Shown here one piece after another: positions 46,624-55,565 of a stretch of DNA of 64,000 nt. The notes beneath the pieces are model-generated. The model saw nothing but the letters and a program-made list of their open reading frames with translations, ran no database searches and was not told where the DNA came from. Location of the stretch: NCBI GenBank assembly GCA_016873775.1, contig VGWC01000003.1:2486-66485 (forward strand). The letters are read 5' to 3'. The position numbers were made by a program, and so were the translations under genes. The stretch's first letter is position 1. The number at the start of each line of letters is the position of its first letter. This DNA comes from Ignavibacteria bacterium. Its GTDB lineage: Bacteria; Bacteroidota; Ignavibacteria; UBA10030; F1-140-MAGs086.

Positions 46624-47181
46624 TTATATTCGTATCGAACCGCGAAATCCTCTCGAAGCATAATACGATTCCGCGCCGTTGTGATATACAAAGACTGTAT
46701 CGTAGCGACGGTCGCAGAATAGTGCGCCACCGAGTTCTCTGATATTGGCAGGTGTTTTCACCCAACTCGAAGTTTTTGTATCGAACGATCCAAGTGTTTG
46801 CAATACGCGGTATTGTACTTCTGTGAAAATTTCAATCCCCATTGCAGCAGCCATATCCGTCACATTATTTTTGGGTTTATGTTCCTTTCTTGATTCCAAC
46901 GCTTCTCGGTCGTAGCAAAGACTTCTTCGTTCTTTCGGACTTTCCGAAGAACAATCGCACAAAATATACTCATCTGTTTTTTTGTCATAACCAATAACAT
47001 CGGGTTCGCCGCCGGTTCTTTCCATTTCATTCAGCGACCACAGTTTTTCGGGATTCGCTTCTAATTTTGCTTCAACTTTATTCCATTCAATTCCTTTATG
47101 GCGGTTTATATTTTTCTCAAAACGGGATTTCAATGTATTGAGGAGTTCCTCGCATTGTTTTGCAGATAATTGTTTTTTCAT
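46624..47181 (-). CDS. DUF4256 domain-containing protein
   Basis: LLNTLKSRFEKNINRHKGIEWNKVEAKL...MERTGGEPDVIGYD blocks as I recall for DUF4256. Confidence 0.6.
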   Translation of the reverse strand: MKKQLSAKQCEELLNTLKSRFEKNINRHKGIEWNKVEAKLEANPEKLWSLNEMERTGGEPDVIGYDKKTDEYILCDCSSESPKERRSLCYDREALESRKEHKPKNNVTDMAAAMGIEIFTEVQYRVLQTLGSFDTKTSSWVKTPANIRELGGALFCDRRYDTVFVYHNGAESYYASRGFRGSIRI

Positions 47182-47215
47182 TCTAATGGTGTTGTTTCTT
47201 ATTAACCGATTCTCC

Positions 47216-47539
47216 TTACTTCCTTAAAATCTTTTCCATTGCTCTTCCTTTTGCAAGTTCATCCACCAGTTTATCCATAGAGCGAATTAGTCGCATCAGT
47301 TTGTCTTCGGTTTCTTCCACTCGATAGCCACAAATTACACCTGTTATTTTTGGAACATTGGGATGAATTTGCGGAGCCTGAGCAAAAAATTTTTCCAAAT
47401 CAGTTTTCTTGTTTATTACCTGTTGCAGCATTTGCTTGTTATATCCCGTAAGCCAGAAGAGAACGTCATCAAACTCTGCTTTTTTGCGTCCTTTTTTCTC
47501 CTTAGGAAAATTTTCAATCAGTGGAAAAATGTTTTGCAC
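47216..47539 (-). CDS. DUF2200 domain-containing protein (N-terminus possibly shortened)
   Basis: KEKKGRKKAEFDDVLFWLTGY block as I recall for DUF2200. GTG start with an in-frame TAG 4 codons upstream inside a heptamer array. Confidence 0.55.
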   Translation of the reverse strand: MQNIFPLIENFPKEKKGRKKAEFDDVLFWLTGYNKQMLQQVINKKTDLEKFFAQAPQIHPNVPKITGVICGYRVEETEDKLMRLIRSMDKLVDELAKGRAMEKILRK

Positions 47540-47546
47540 GTACCAA

Positions 47547-47574
47547 AAAATCTAAAACCTAAAACCTAAAACCT
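47547..47574. repeat. Heptamer tandem array
   Basis: aaaatct|aaaacct|aaaacct|aaaacct. Confidence 0.8.
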
Positions 47575-47606
47575 ATTTCAACAATCAGAATTCCAATGAA
47601 AGCGAA

Positions 47607-48257
47607 TTACCATCGTACAACAAATCCACTCGATAACGTAATGCCATCTACGTGAATATCTGATATGTATTTTCCAGCAGGAAAATCTGAGGATGGAGAA
47701 GTGGAAAACGTATTTATTGCTTCAAATTGTGCATCGCGGAATTTAATTTCGGAACGAACCCCAATCATCTCGGTAAAAAAATATTCTACGCTGTTCGTAA
47801 CGTGAATTCCGATTCCGATGGAAGATGAACGTACTGACGGAAAGTCGTTGACGCTGAAATTTCTTTTTCCCCAATAAACTCCAACGCCGCCGCCGACATT
47901 CCAGAAAAATTTTTCGCTACTGATGGGAATAGAAAAATAACTGCTAAATTCGATTGGAACTATCGTAAATCCGTCGCGAATGGTGTACGAAGATAATGAA
48001 TATTTTTTTTCAAGAACAAGGTGCTCAATAGTTATTCCGGCAATAAAATTTTTATCGATGAAATTCTTTCGTGCGTCTATTCCAAAACCTACAATGTTTT
48101 CAAACGTGCGGAATGTTGCATCATCAAACGGGATTGACGGATAGAACTTTGCCTCGTTTGTATAAGAAGAAAAAGCACAAACAGTAATTGTTTGTGCTTC
48201 ACTTCGTAAGAAATTCAGTAATGTTGCAGTAAAAAGAACTGCAAGAATTTTTTTCAT
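47607..48257 (-). CDS. Outer-membrane beta-barrel protein (OmpA/porin-like small barrel)
   Basis: Signal peptide MKKILAVLFTATLLNFLRSEAQ, alternating beta-strand pattern, C-terminal ...GFVVRW. Confidence 0.6.
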   Translation of the reverse strand: MKKILAVLFTATLLNFLRSEAQTITVCAFSSYTNEAKFYPSIPFDDATFRTFENIVGFGIDARKNFIDKNFIAGITIEHLVLEKKYSLSSYTIRDGFTIVPIEFSSYFSIPISSEKFFWNVGGGVGVYWGKRNFSVNDFPSVRSSSIGIGIHVTNSVEYFFTEMIGVRSEIKFRDAQFEAINTFSTSPSSDFPAGKYISDIHVDGITLSSGFVVRW

Positions 48258-48260
48258 TGA

Positions 48261-50360
48261 TTAACGGAAAAATGTATCTCTGTTATCAATAATAGTCGCT
48301 TCCGTTTTCAGATTTTGAAGCCATTCGTTCATAAATTTGCTACGCTTAGAATCATATAATTGCTTTCGCAGAGTTTCTTTTTCTGCAGCGAACGATGCGG
48401 AATCAAACGGAGTTCTGTTGAGAACGTGAATAATAAAAAATCCACGGTTGGGACTTTCAACGATAGAAGAAATATCTCCTTTGTTCATTGGTGAAACTGC
48501 TCCGAGAAAATACAAATCGCGCCCGATGCCCGTAACCGAACCGTTGAGTGTGAACGCATTTGCTTTGAGTACATTGAGCGTTGTATCAAACGTTTTCAAT
48601 TTTCCTAATGAATCTCCTGCTGAAAGTTTTGCGCGAAATTGTTCTACCGTAGGTTTCAATCGTTCCATCTTTTTCGCACGTAATGTTCGCGCTTTTAAAC
48701 TTGCTTCAATTTCATTGAACGGTTTTGTTCCTTCTTCGCGAATATCTATAACCTTGAAAACACCGTTTCCTTGTTGCGTTGAAATAATATCAGAAATAAC
48801 TGTAGAATCATTCTCGAATGCGAATCGCACTAATCTCGAATGTTGTCCAATACCGGGAACAAATGTACTTTTCTTATTGAAGGAAGCAGTTTTACGAACT
48901 TCTCTGTTCATCATTTTTGCGACGCTGTCAAAACCTATTTCCAAAGCACTTTTGTGAAAGTTTTGCACTTCTTTCTCTACGTCATTTCTGGTTTTTGCGC
49001 TCGGTTCAATTTTCATCACGATGTCAGAAATTTTTAATGCTCTGTTATCATTGCCGGTTACTTTGATGATATGCAAACCGAATTGTGTGCGAACAGGACC
49101 GACAATTTCATTCCGTTTTGCCTTGAACGCTGCGTCTTCAAATGGTTTTACCATTCTTCCTTTTCCGAACCATCCTAAATCACCGCCGCTACTTGCTGAA
49201 CCATCAGCTGAATATTGCGAAGCAAGTTTTGCAAAATCTTCACCTTTCTTTGCACGCTGATACACCTCTTGAGCAAGTTTTTTAGTTGCAAGTGAATCTT
49301 CACCGAATTTGAGAAGGATATGACTTGCGCGGATAAATTCTGTCGTATCATTTTTTTCTTCTACAATTTTGATAAGATGAAATCCATCGAAATCTTTTAT
49401 GGGACCAACGACATCGCCAATTGCTGCACTGAAAATTGCATCTTCACGGTCTTTACTAAGTTCACCGTGTTTAAAAAAAACATCGGATACGGGAACGTCA
49501 GAATAGTGTTTCTGTAATTCGATAAAATCTTCTCCGTTGTTTGCTTTTCGTTTTATATCTTCAAAATCTCTCAACACTGCATTCGTATCTTCAAGAGTCG
49601 GCTCTTCTTTAAAAAGAACATATGCTAACCGACGAGATGGCTCTTGTCGGTATTCATCACTGTGTTCCCGAAAAAACGTTTGAACGTCATCGTCGCTAAC
49701 TGCAATACTATCTTTTACCAGCACATTTGGGTCAAACAAAATATATTCCGCATCAAGATGAATATTCTGCTCGGAAAATTTTTGAACAACTTCTCCTTCG
49801 GAAACAAAAATAGATGACATCAATGCGCTTTGCACTTTTTCCTGCAGCCGCATTTGTCGTAGTGTTTGTTCCACTTGCATTATGATTGTTTTATTTCGAG
49901 GGTCTTTTAATGCAGTTTCATATTGGTCACGGTTTAAATTTCCAGTAGAATCAATAAATTGTTGCGTAAGAAATTGCGGAGGATTATTTCCAAATACCCA
50001 TTCTCTGATTTCGTCGTCATTCACTGAAAGTCCAATACGTTCTGCTTCTTGTTTGAGTAGTTCTTCGTTCACGACGCTATTAAACAATTGCTCGCGTACA
50101 TTTTCTACTTGGCTTTCATCGAGTTCTTTTCCTTCGTTTTGTTGCTTCTGCTGTTCAATTGCTTGGTTCAGCTTTGCAGCGAATTCTTCATACGAAATCT
50201 CCGTATCGTTAATCGTTACTAACGCACTGTACTTTCCGCTTCGACCTTTGCGTCCCGTAATGTCCATTCCCCAATCAAGAACAATATAAATAATAAAAAT
50301 ACCGGCAAAAACGGCAAAAGCGGTAGTCATTCTATCGCGAATTTTTGTCATTAAAGGCAT
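48261..50360 (-). CDS. Periplasmic chaperone/peptidyl-prolyl isomerase PpiD-like (SurA-N + parvulin domain)
   Basis: N-terminal TM anchor. Parvulin block ASHILLKF...[21 protein letters not shown]...[14 protein letters not shown]. 699 aa. Confidence 0.75.
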   Translation of the reverse strand: MPLMTKIRDRMTTAFAVFAGIFIIYIVLDWGMDITGRKGRSGKYSALVTINDTEISYEEFAAKLNQAIEQQKQQNEGKELDESQVENVREQLFNSVVNEELLKQEAERIGLSVNDDEIREWVFGNNPPQFLTQQFIDSTGNLNRDQYETALKDPRNKTIIMQVEQTLRQMRLQEKVQSALMSSIFVSEGEVVQKFSEQNIHLDAEYILFDPNVLVKDSIAVSDDDVQTFFREHSDEYRQEPSRRLAYVLFKEEPTLEDTNAVLRDFEDIKRKANNGEDFIELQKHYSDVPVSDVFFKHGELSKDREDAIFSAAIGDVVGPIKDFDGFHLIKIVEEKNDTTEFIRASHILLKFGEDSLATKKLAQEVYQRAKKGEDFAKLASQYSADGSASSGGDLGWFGKGRMVKPFEDAAFKAKRNEIVGPVRTQFGLHIIKVTGNDNRALKISDIVMKIEPSAKTRNDVEKEVQNFHKSALEIGFDSVAKMMNREVRKTASFNKKSTFVPGIGQHSRLVRFAFENDSTVISDIISTQQGNGVFKVIDIREEGTKPFNEIEASLKARTLRAKKMERLKPTVEQFRAKLSAGDSLGKLKTFDTTLNVLKANAFTLNGSVTGIGRDLYFLGAVSPMNKGDISSIVESPNRGFFIIHVLNRTPFDSASFAAEKETLRKQLYDSKRSKFMNEWLQNLKTEATIIDNRDTFFR

Positions 50361-50443
50361 ACTTAAAAACTTTCTATTTAAAAAATTGAGGAAAAAAATA
50401 GTGAAAAATCAATGATTCGCCAACGAAATGAGAGAGAGTTTTT

Positions 50444-51763
50444 TTATTCTGCAGAAAGGAATAATTTTTTTAGGGAATGGAAATCGCAAAGCGAAACTAC
50501 GTTCTTTTTTTCTTGTGGAAAAATGCGTTGTAATGATGGAGGAAGTGAAATTTTTTCCCCGATTGCTTTTTCAACCACTTCTGGAAATTTACCATAATGC
50601 GCTGTTGCGGCAACGATAAACTGCTGATTGCTGACTGCTAAATTTTTTGAACGTTTTCTTGCTGCGCAAACTCCAACAGCAGTATGCGGGTCGAGAATAT
50701 AATTCTTTCGCAGGTACGTTTCTCTGATTTCATTCAGTGTTTCTTCATCGGAAATCGCCATCGCATCAATATCGCTTTTCATTTTCTGAACATCATTTCC
50801 GTACAGAAATTGCATACGCGTTACATTGCTTGGATTTCCCACGTCCATTGCGTTGGAATATGTTTGAACAGATGAACGCGGCGAATATATTTCTGTAGAA
50901 AAATATTCGGGAACAACATTGTTTGCATTCGTTGCAGCAATACATCGAATTGGTAATCCCATATGTTTTGCATACAATGCTGCAGTCAAATTTCCGAGAT
51001 TTCCACTTGGAACAACAATATTAATATTCGCGTCAATCTGCGTAGAACGATGTGGCTTCTTGAATTGTGAATAAGCCCAAACAAAATACACAAGTTGCGG
51101 AATCAATCTTCCGAGATTAATCGAGTTTGCAGTTGTCATATTTTTTTTCACGACAAGTTCCAAATCTGCTAATGCTTGCTTCACGAGTTTCTGGCAATCA
51201 TCGAATGTTCCTTCCACTTCGATTGCATGAATGTTTTTGCCGAGCGTTGTGATTTGTTTTTCTTGTAACGGAGAAATTTTGCCCGATGGATATAAAACGT
51301 ACACAGTAATATTCGGAACGTTGTAAAATCCGTTTGCGACGGCACTTCCCGTATCACCCGACGTTGCAACTATGATAGTGATTTCTTTTTTTTCTTGTTG
51401 TAAAAAATACGAAAGCGCTTCTGCCATAAATCGCGCGCCGATATCTTTAAATGCGAGCGTTGGTCCGTGAAATAATTCGAGCAGAAACAAATGTTCTTCT
51501 AATTGTACAAGCGGAATTGGAAAATTTAACGCGCGAGAAATAATTCTTTGCAAATCGGTTTTTGGAATTTCATCAATAAATTTTGATATAATTTCAAAAC
51601 TGATTTCATGCAGAGAAAGATTTTCTAATTGAGAAAGCAAAGCAGGAGAGATGCGAGGTATATTTTCAGGAACAAACAAACCTCCATCGCTTGCAATGCC
51701 GGATAATAATGCATCACGAAATGATACCGATGGTGATTGTTTGTTTACACTAAGAAATTTCAC
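50444..51763 (-). CDS. thrC: Threonine synthase
   Basis: FHGPTLAFKDIGARFMA (PLP lysine block), TSGDTGSAVA. Downstream of thrA-thrB. Confidence 0.85.
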   Translation of the reverse strand: MKFLSVNKQSPSVSFRDALLSGIASDGGLFVPENIPRISPALLSQLENLSLHEISFEIISKFIDEIPKTDLQRIISRALNFPIPLVQLEEHLFLLELFHGPTLAFKDIGARFMAEALSYFLQQEKKEITIIVATSGDTGSAVANGFYNVPNITVYVLYPSGKISPLQEKQITTLGKNIHAIEVEGTFDDCQKLVKQALADLELVVKKNMTTANSINLGRLIPQLVYFVWAYSQFKKPHRSTQIDANINIVVPSGNLGNLTAALYAKHMGLPIRCIAATNANNVVPEYFSTEIYSPRSSVQTYSNAMDVGNPSNVTRMQFLYGNDVQKMKSDIDAMAISDEETLNEIRETYLRKNYILDPHTAVGVCAARKRSKNLAVSNQQFIVAATAHYGKFPEVVEKAIGEKISLPPSLQRIFPQEKKNVVSLCDFHSLKKLFLSAE

Positions 51764-51909
51764 TGGATAAAATATTCACGTGAAATAAAACGAGTGGAAA
51801 AAAGTGATAGTGGAATGGAGTTTTAGAGAAATGATAAAAAAAACTCTAACACTTCACTACTGTAAAACAGAGGAGATATTTCATTATGAATGTAATGACA
51901 ATAATACTG

Positions 51910-52842
51910 TCAAACCTCTCTTGCTCCGCTCATATTTATTTTCGAGATATACGCTTCGGATTTTATTTTTGCAACTTTGGAAAATGTTTTTATCATCTCG
52001 TTTGCAATCTTTTTCGCTTTTGCAGGTGAATCTGCAATTGCAAATAATGATGGTCCAGAACCGGAAATCGAACAACCCAACGCTCCGCTTTCTATTGCAG
52101 ATTGTTTTACTTCGTCAAATGCAGGAATAAGTTTTTTTCGCACCGGTTCAATCAACACATCTTCAACGCATTTGCCGACGAGGTTTGCATTCCCTTCGAT
52201 TAATCCTGAAATCAATCCGCCGAAATTTCCACATTGAATTACTGCCGCTTTCAAATCTACAATGCGTGATAAAATGTTGCGCGCTTCTTCCGTGCGAATG
52301 ACGATATGCGGATGAACAACAACCCAATGTAAAATATTTTTTACCGGAATTTGCACTACATCGAGAGGATAATAACTACGAATAAGGCACACTCCGCCAA
52401 GTAATGATGGAGCCGCATTATCCGCATGAGGAGCACCGCTCGCCATTCGCTCTCCTTCGACAGCGAAACGCAACAAATCTACTTTCTTCAACGGTTTTTT
52501 GAGAAAAGAATTGATAGCCAGAACCGATGCAACACTACTTGATGCGGAACTTCCTAATCCAGAACCAATTGGCATGAGTTTATTCAACATCATTTTAACG
52601 CCAAAATCGGGTTTGAATTCGTCCAACATCAATTGCGCTACGTATGCGGCAACATTATCCGATGGATTGATAGGAACATCTTTCACTGAGGTCTTCACCG
52701 AAAATGAAAGTGTGCATTCTTTTGTTTTTTCTGCAACGACAATATCGCCGGGTTTATCAATTGCAAGACCAATCGCATCGAATCCTGAACCAAGATTAGA
52801 AATTGTAGCGGGAGCAAAAAATTTTACTAAACGTTTGTTCAT
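51910..52842 (-). CDS. thrB: Homoserine kinase
   Basis: GHMP kinase blocks PATISNLGSGFD and PIGSGLGSSASS. Confidence 0.85.
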   Translation of the reverse strand: MNKRLVKFFAPATISNLGSGFDAIGLAIDKPGDIVVAEKTKECTLSFSVKTSVKDVPINPSDNVAAYVAQLMLDEFKPDFGVKMMLNKLMPIGSGLGSSASSSVASVLAINSFLKKPLKKVDLLRFAVEGERMASGAPHADNAAPSLLGGVCLIRSYYPLDVVQIPVKNILHWVVVHPHIVIRTEEARNILSRIVDLKAAVIQCGNFGGLISGLIEGNANLVGKCVEDVLIEPVRKKLIPAFDEVKQSAIESGALGCSISGSGPSLFAIADSPAKAKKIANEMIKTFSKVAKIKSEAYISKINMSGAREV

Positions 52843-52935
52843 AGGTGGAACTTTTCTTATTGTTGTTTAAAAACGGTTTTAATAAGAGAATATTCTTTTA
52901 ATTAACCAAACATTGAAAAAATTGTCACGCTTTCA

Positions 52936-55389
52936 TTAATACGGCAAATAATGCACCAGTTTTAATACATCCGAAAATACTCCCATTGCAGTTACGTCTG
53001 CTCCAGCACCAGGTCCCTGAATAACCAGCGGTGTTTTGGAATATCGCTTTGTGGAAAAGGTAATCACATTATCGCTTCCTTTGGTTGATGCAAGCACGTG
53101 TTCACGTGGAATGTTTTTCAATATTGCAAACGCTTTATTTCCTTCGACAATTCCGATATAGCGAAGAACACAATTCTTTCGAGTAGCTTTTTCAAATCTC
53201 TGTTGAAAATCTCTATCGAATCGGGAAAATTTTTGCAATAATTCATTCGAGAATTTTTCTCTACGCAGTAGAAACGGCACAAGATTTTCGTAACGAACAT
53301 CGCGAAGTTCCATCGTTTGACCTGTTTGCCGCGCAAGAATGAGAAGTTTTCGTGCAACGTCTTGTCCTGATAAATCATCGCGCGGATCTGGTTCAGTGTA
53401 ACCGTGTTCAAATGCTGATTGCAACATTTCACTGAACGGAATATTTCCATCGTAATTATTGAATAAATAACTCAACGTTCCCGAAAACATTCCTTCGATT
53501 TTCAATACTGTATCACCGCTTGTAATTAAATCGTGCAGTGTGGAAATAATCGGGAGTCCCGCGCCGACATTTGCTTCAAAGAGAAAATATTTTTGTTTTC
53601 GCTTCAATAATTCAATGAATGCGGTATATTGTTTCAACGGAAGAACATTTGCTCGTTTGTTCGGCGTTACGATGTGCATATTTGCGTTGACGAAACCAGC
53701 GTATTCTTTCACAATATCATCGCTCGCCGTATTATCAACGAGCGCAACATTCACCAATTCAAGCGAAGAAATTTTATGAACTAGCTGTTGAACATTCATA
53801 ATGTTTGCAGAAGTTTCAAGTTCTTCTTTCCATCGAGAAAGGTTTATTCCTTCACGCTGAAGAATAAATTTCCTGCTATTCGCAATACCAATCACTCGGA
53901 TATCGTATCCTTCGTTGAATAATGATTGTTGCTGCTGATGTACTTGTTCAAGAAGCGCTTTCCCGATATTCCCAACGCCAAAAACAACGAGAGAAAGCCG
54001 TTTTCGTTTTTCAAAAAATGCTTGGTGAATAACGTTCAGCGCGCGTGTTTTATTTTTTTCATCAATCACAAACGAAATATTTCTTTCCGATGCTCCTTGC
54101 GCAATGGCAGAAATGTTGATATTATTCATTCCGAGCGATTGAAAAACTTTTCCCGAAACGCCAGGAGTTCCTTTCATTCCTTCACCAACAACTGCAACAA
54201 TTGTTTGCTGTTGTTTTTCATCAAGCATCGTAAGTTTGTTTTGCAATTCGAGATGAAATTCTGTTCCAATCGCTCTTCGTACTTTCATTGCATCGTTCGT
54301 TGCAACTGCAAAACAAATCGTGTGTTCCGACGATGCTTGCGAAATTAAAATCACATTCACGGAATTTGCTGCAAGCGAATGAAATAATCGTTCTGCTGTT
54401 CCCGGAACTCCAACCATACTCAATCCGCGCAACGTGAAAAGCGTACAATCATCAACAGACGTAATTCCTTTCGCAACATCATCAAACGGTTTTGATTTTC
54501 GCGAAATCATTGTTCCCGGCGCATTTGGATTGAACGTATTTTTGATAACAATCGGAATATTTTTTGCAATCGCAGGAGCGATGGTTGCAGGATGTAATAC
54601 TTTTGCGCCAAAGTACGAAAGTTCCATTGCTTCTTCGTACGACATTTGCGAAAGAACAAAAGCGGATTGAACAGCGCGCGGGTCAGCAGAAAGAACGCCA
54701 TCAACATCTGTCCAAATTTCAATCGTATTCGCCTGTAATGCTGCACCGATAATAGCTGCAGTGTAATCGCTCCCGTTTCGTCCGATTGTTGTTGTGCGTC
54801 TATCTTCCGTTGACGCAATGAATCCTGTGACAATGGGAATGATTGTTTTCTTGTTTGAAAAAAGTTGAGAAAAATATCGTTTCGTTTTTGTATTCGTTTG
54901 CTCGAATAAAATATTTGCGTGTGTGAATTGGTCATCGGTAACAATAATTTCTCGCGCATCAACACAACACGATGCAGTTTTTGTTTTGAGAAATTCTGAA
55001 ATAATCAATGCAGACAAACGCTCGCCGAAACTTGCTGTCAAATCAAGAGAGCGCCGAGGACAATCGTGCAGTAAATGTATTCCACGTAAAATATCTTTCA
55101 AATCTAAGAGCATTTTCTCAATGAGTTTTCGCGCGGAATTCTTTTTCCCGACGAGTGCATCGAACGCATCTAGATGTCGCTTTGAAATTGTGCGAAACAG
55201 CGATTGGTATTGTTCATTTCCTTTTTCAGAAAGTGAAGCACATACAAGAAGTTGATTTGTGATTCCCTGAAAAGCAGAAACGACGACAATAACTTTTTCT
55301 TTTTTGATTGCAGAAAGAATGATGTTTGCGACTTCTCGGATAACTTTTGGCGATGCAACCGATGAACCGCCGAATTTGAGAACTTTCAT
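52936..55389 (-). CDS. thrA: Bifunctional aspartokinase / homoserine dehydrogenase
   Basis: MKVLKFGGSSV aspartokinase N-terminus, ACT region, VFGVGNIGKALL NAD-binding and homoserine dehydrogenase C-terminal half. 817 aa. Confidence 0.85.
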   Translation of the reverse strand: MKVLKFGGSSVASPKVIREVANIILSAIKKEKVIVVVSAFQGITNQLLVCASLSEKGNEQYQSLFRTISKRHLDAFDALVGKKNSARKLIEKMLLDLKDILRGIHLLHDCPRRSLDLTASFGERLSALIISEFLKTKTASCCVDAREIIVTDDQFTHANILFEQTNTKTKRYFSQLFSNKKTIIPIVTGFIASTEDRRTTTIGRNGSDYTAAIIGAALQANTIEIWTDVDGVLSADPRAVQSAFVLSQMSYEEAMELSYFGAKVLHPATIAPAIAKNIPIVIKNTFNPNAPGTMISRKSKPFDDVAKGITSVDDCTLFTLRGLSMVGVPGTAERLFHSLAANSVNVILISQASSEHTICFAVATNDAMKVRRAIGTEFHLELQNKLTMLDEKQQQTIVAVVGEGMKGTPGVSGKVFQSLGMNNINISAIAQGASERNISFVIDEKNKTRALNVIHQAFFEKRKRLSLVVFGVGNIGKALLEQVHQQQQSLFNEGYDIRVIGIANSRKFILQREGINLSRWKEELETSANIMNVQQLVHKISSLELVNVALVDNTASDDIVKEYAGFVNANMHIVTPNKRANVLPLKQYTAFIELLKRKQKYFLFEANVGAGLPIISTLHDLITSGDTVLKIEGMFSGTLSYLFNNYDGNIPFSEMLQSAFEHGYTEPDPRDDLSGQDVARKLLILARQTGQTMELRDVRYENLVPFLLRREKFSNELLQKFSRFDRDFQQRFEKATRKNCVLRYIGIVEGNKAFAILKNIPREHVLASTKGSDNVITFSTKRYSKTPLVIQGPGAGADVTAMGVFSDVLKLVHYLPY

Positions 55390-55439
55390 AAAATATTCTA
55401 ATTTTAACTTTTGTAAATATAGTAATTTGTTCGTAGTCA

Positions 55440-55481
55440 GTAGTCAGAAATCAGTTGTCCGTAGTACGGAAAAGAGAAATT
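55440..55481. repeat. Heptamer-phased array in the thrA / polA divergent spacer
   Basis: ttcgtag|tcagtag|tcagaaa|tcagttg|tccgtag|tacggaa. Confidence 0.7.
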
Positions 55482-55565
55482 TTTTTTAGGAATTCCATCT
55501 TTCCTCTAATAATTTAAAATAGAAAATGTAAAATTGTCTATATTCACCTTAACTTTTAAACTCCA

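Noticed and set aside
55461-55508. 15-codon ORF (MEFLKKISLFRTTDN) upstream of thrA as a threonine attenuation leader peptide
   Set aside because: It has only two Thr codons and no Ile run. There are no alternative terminator/antiterminator hairpins followed by a T-tract. Its 3' half is simply the 55440-55481 heptamer array.
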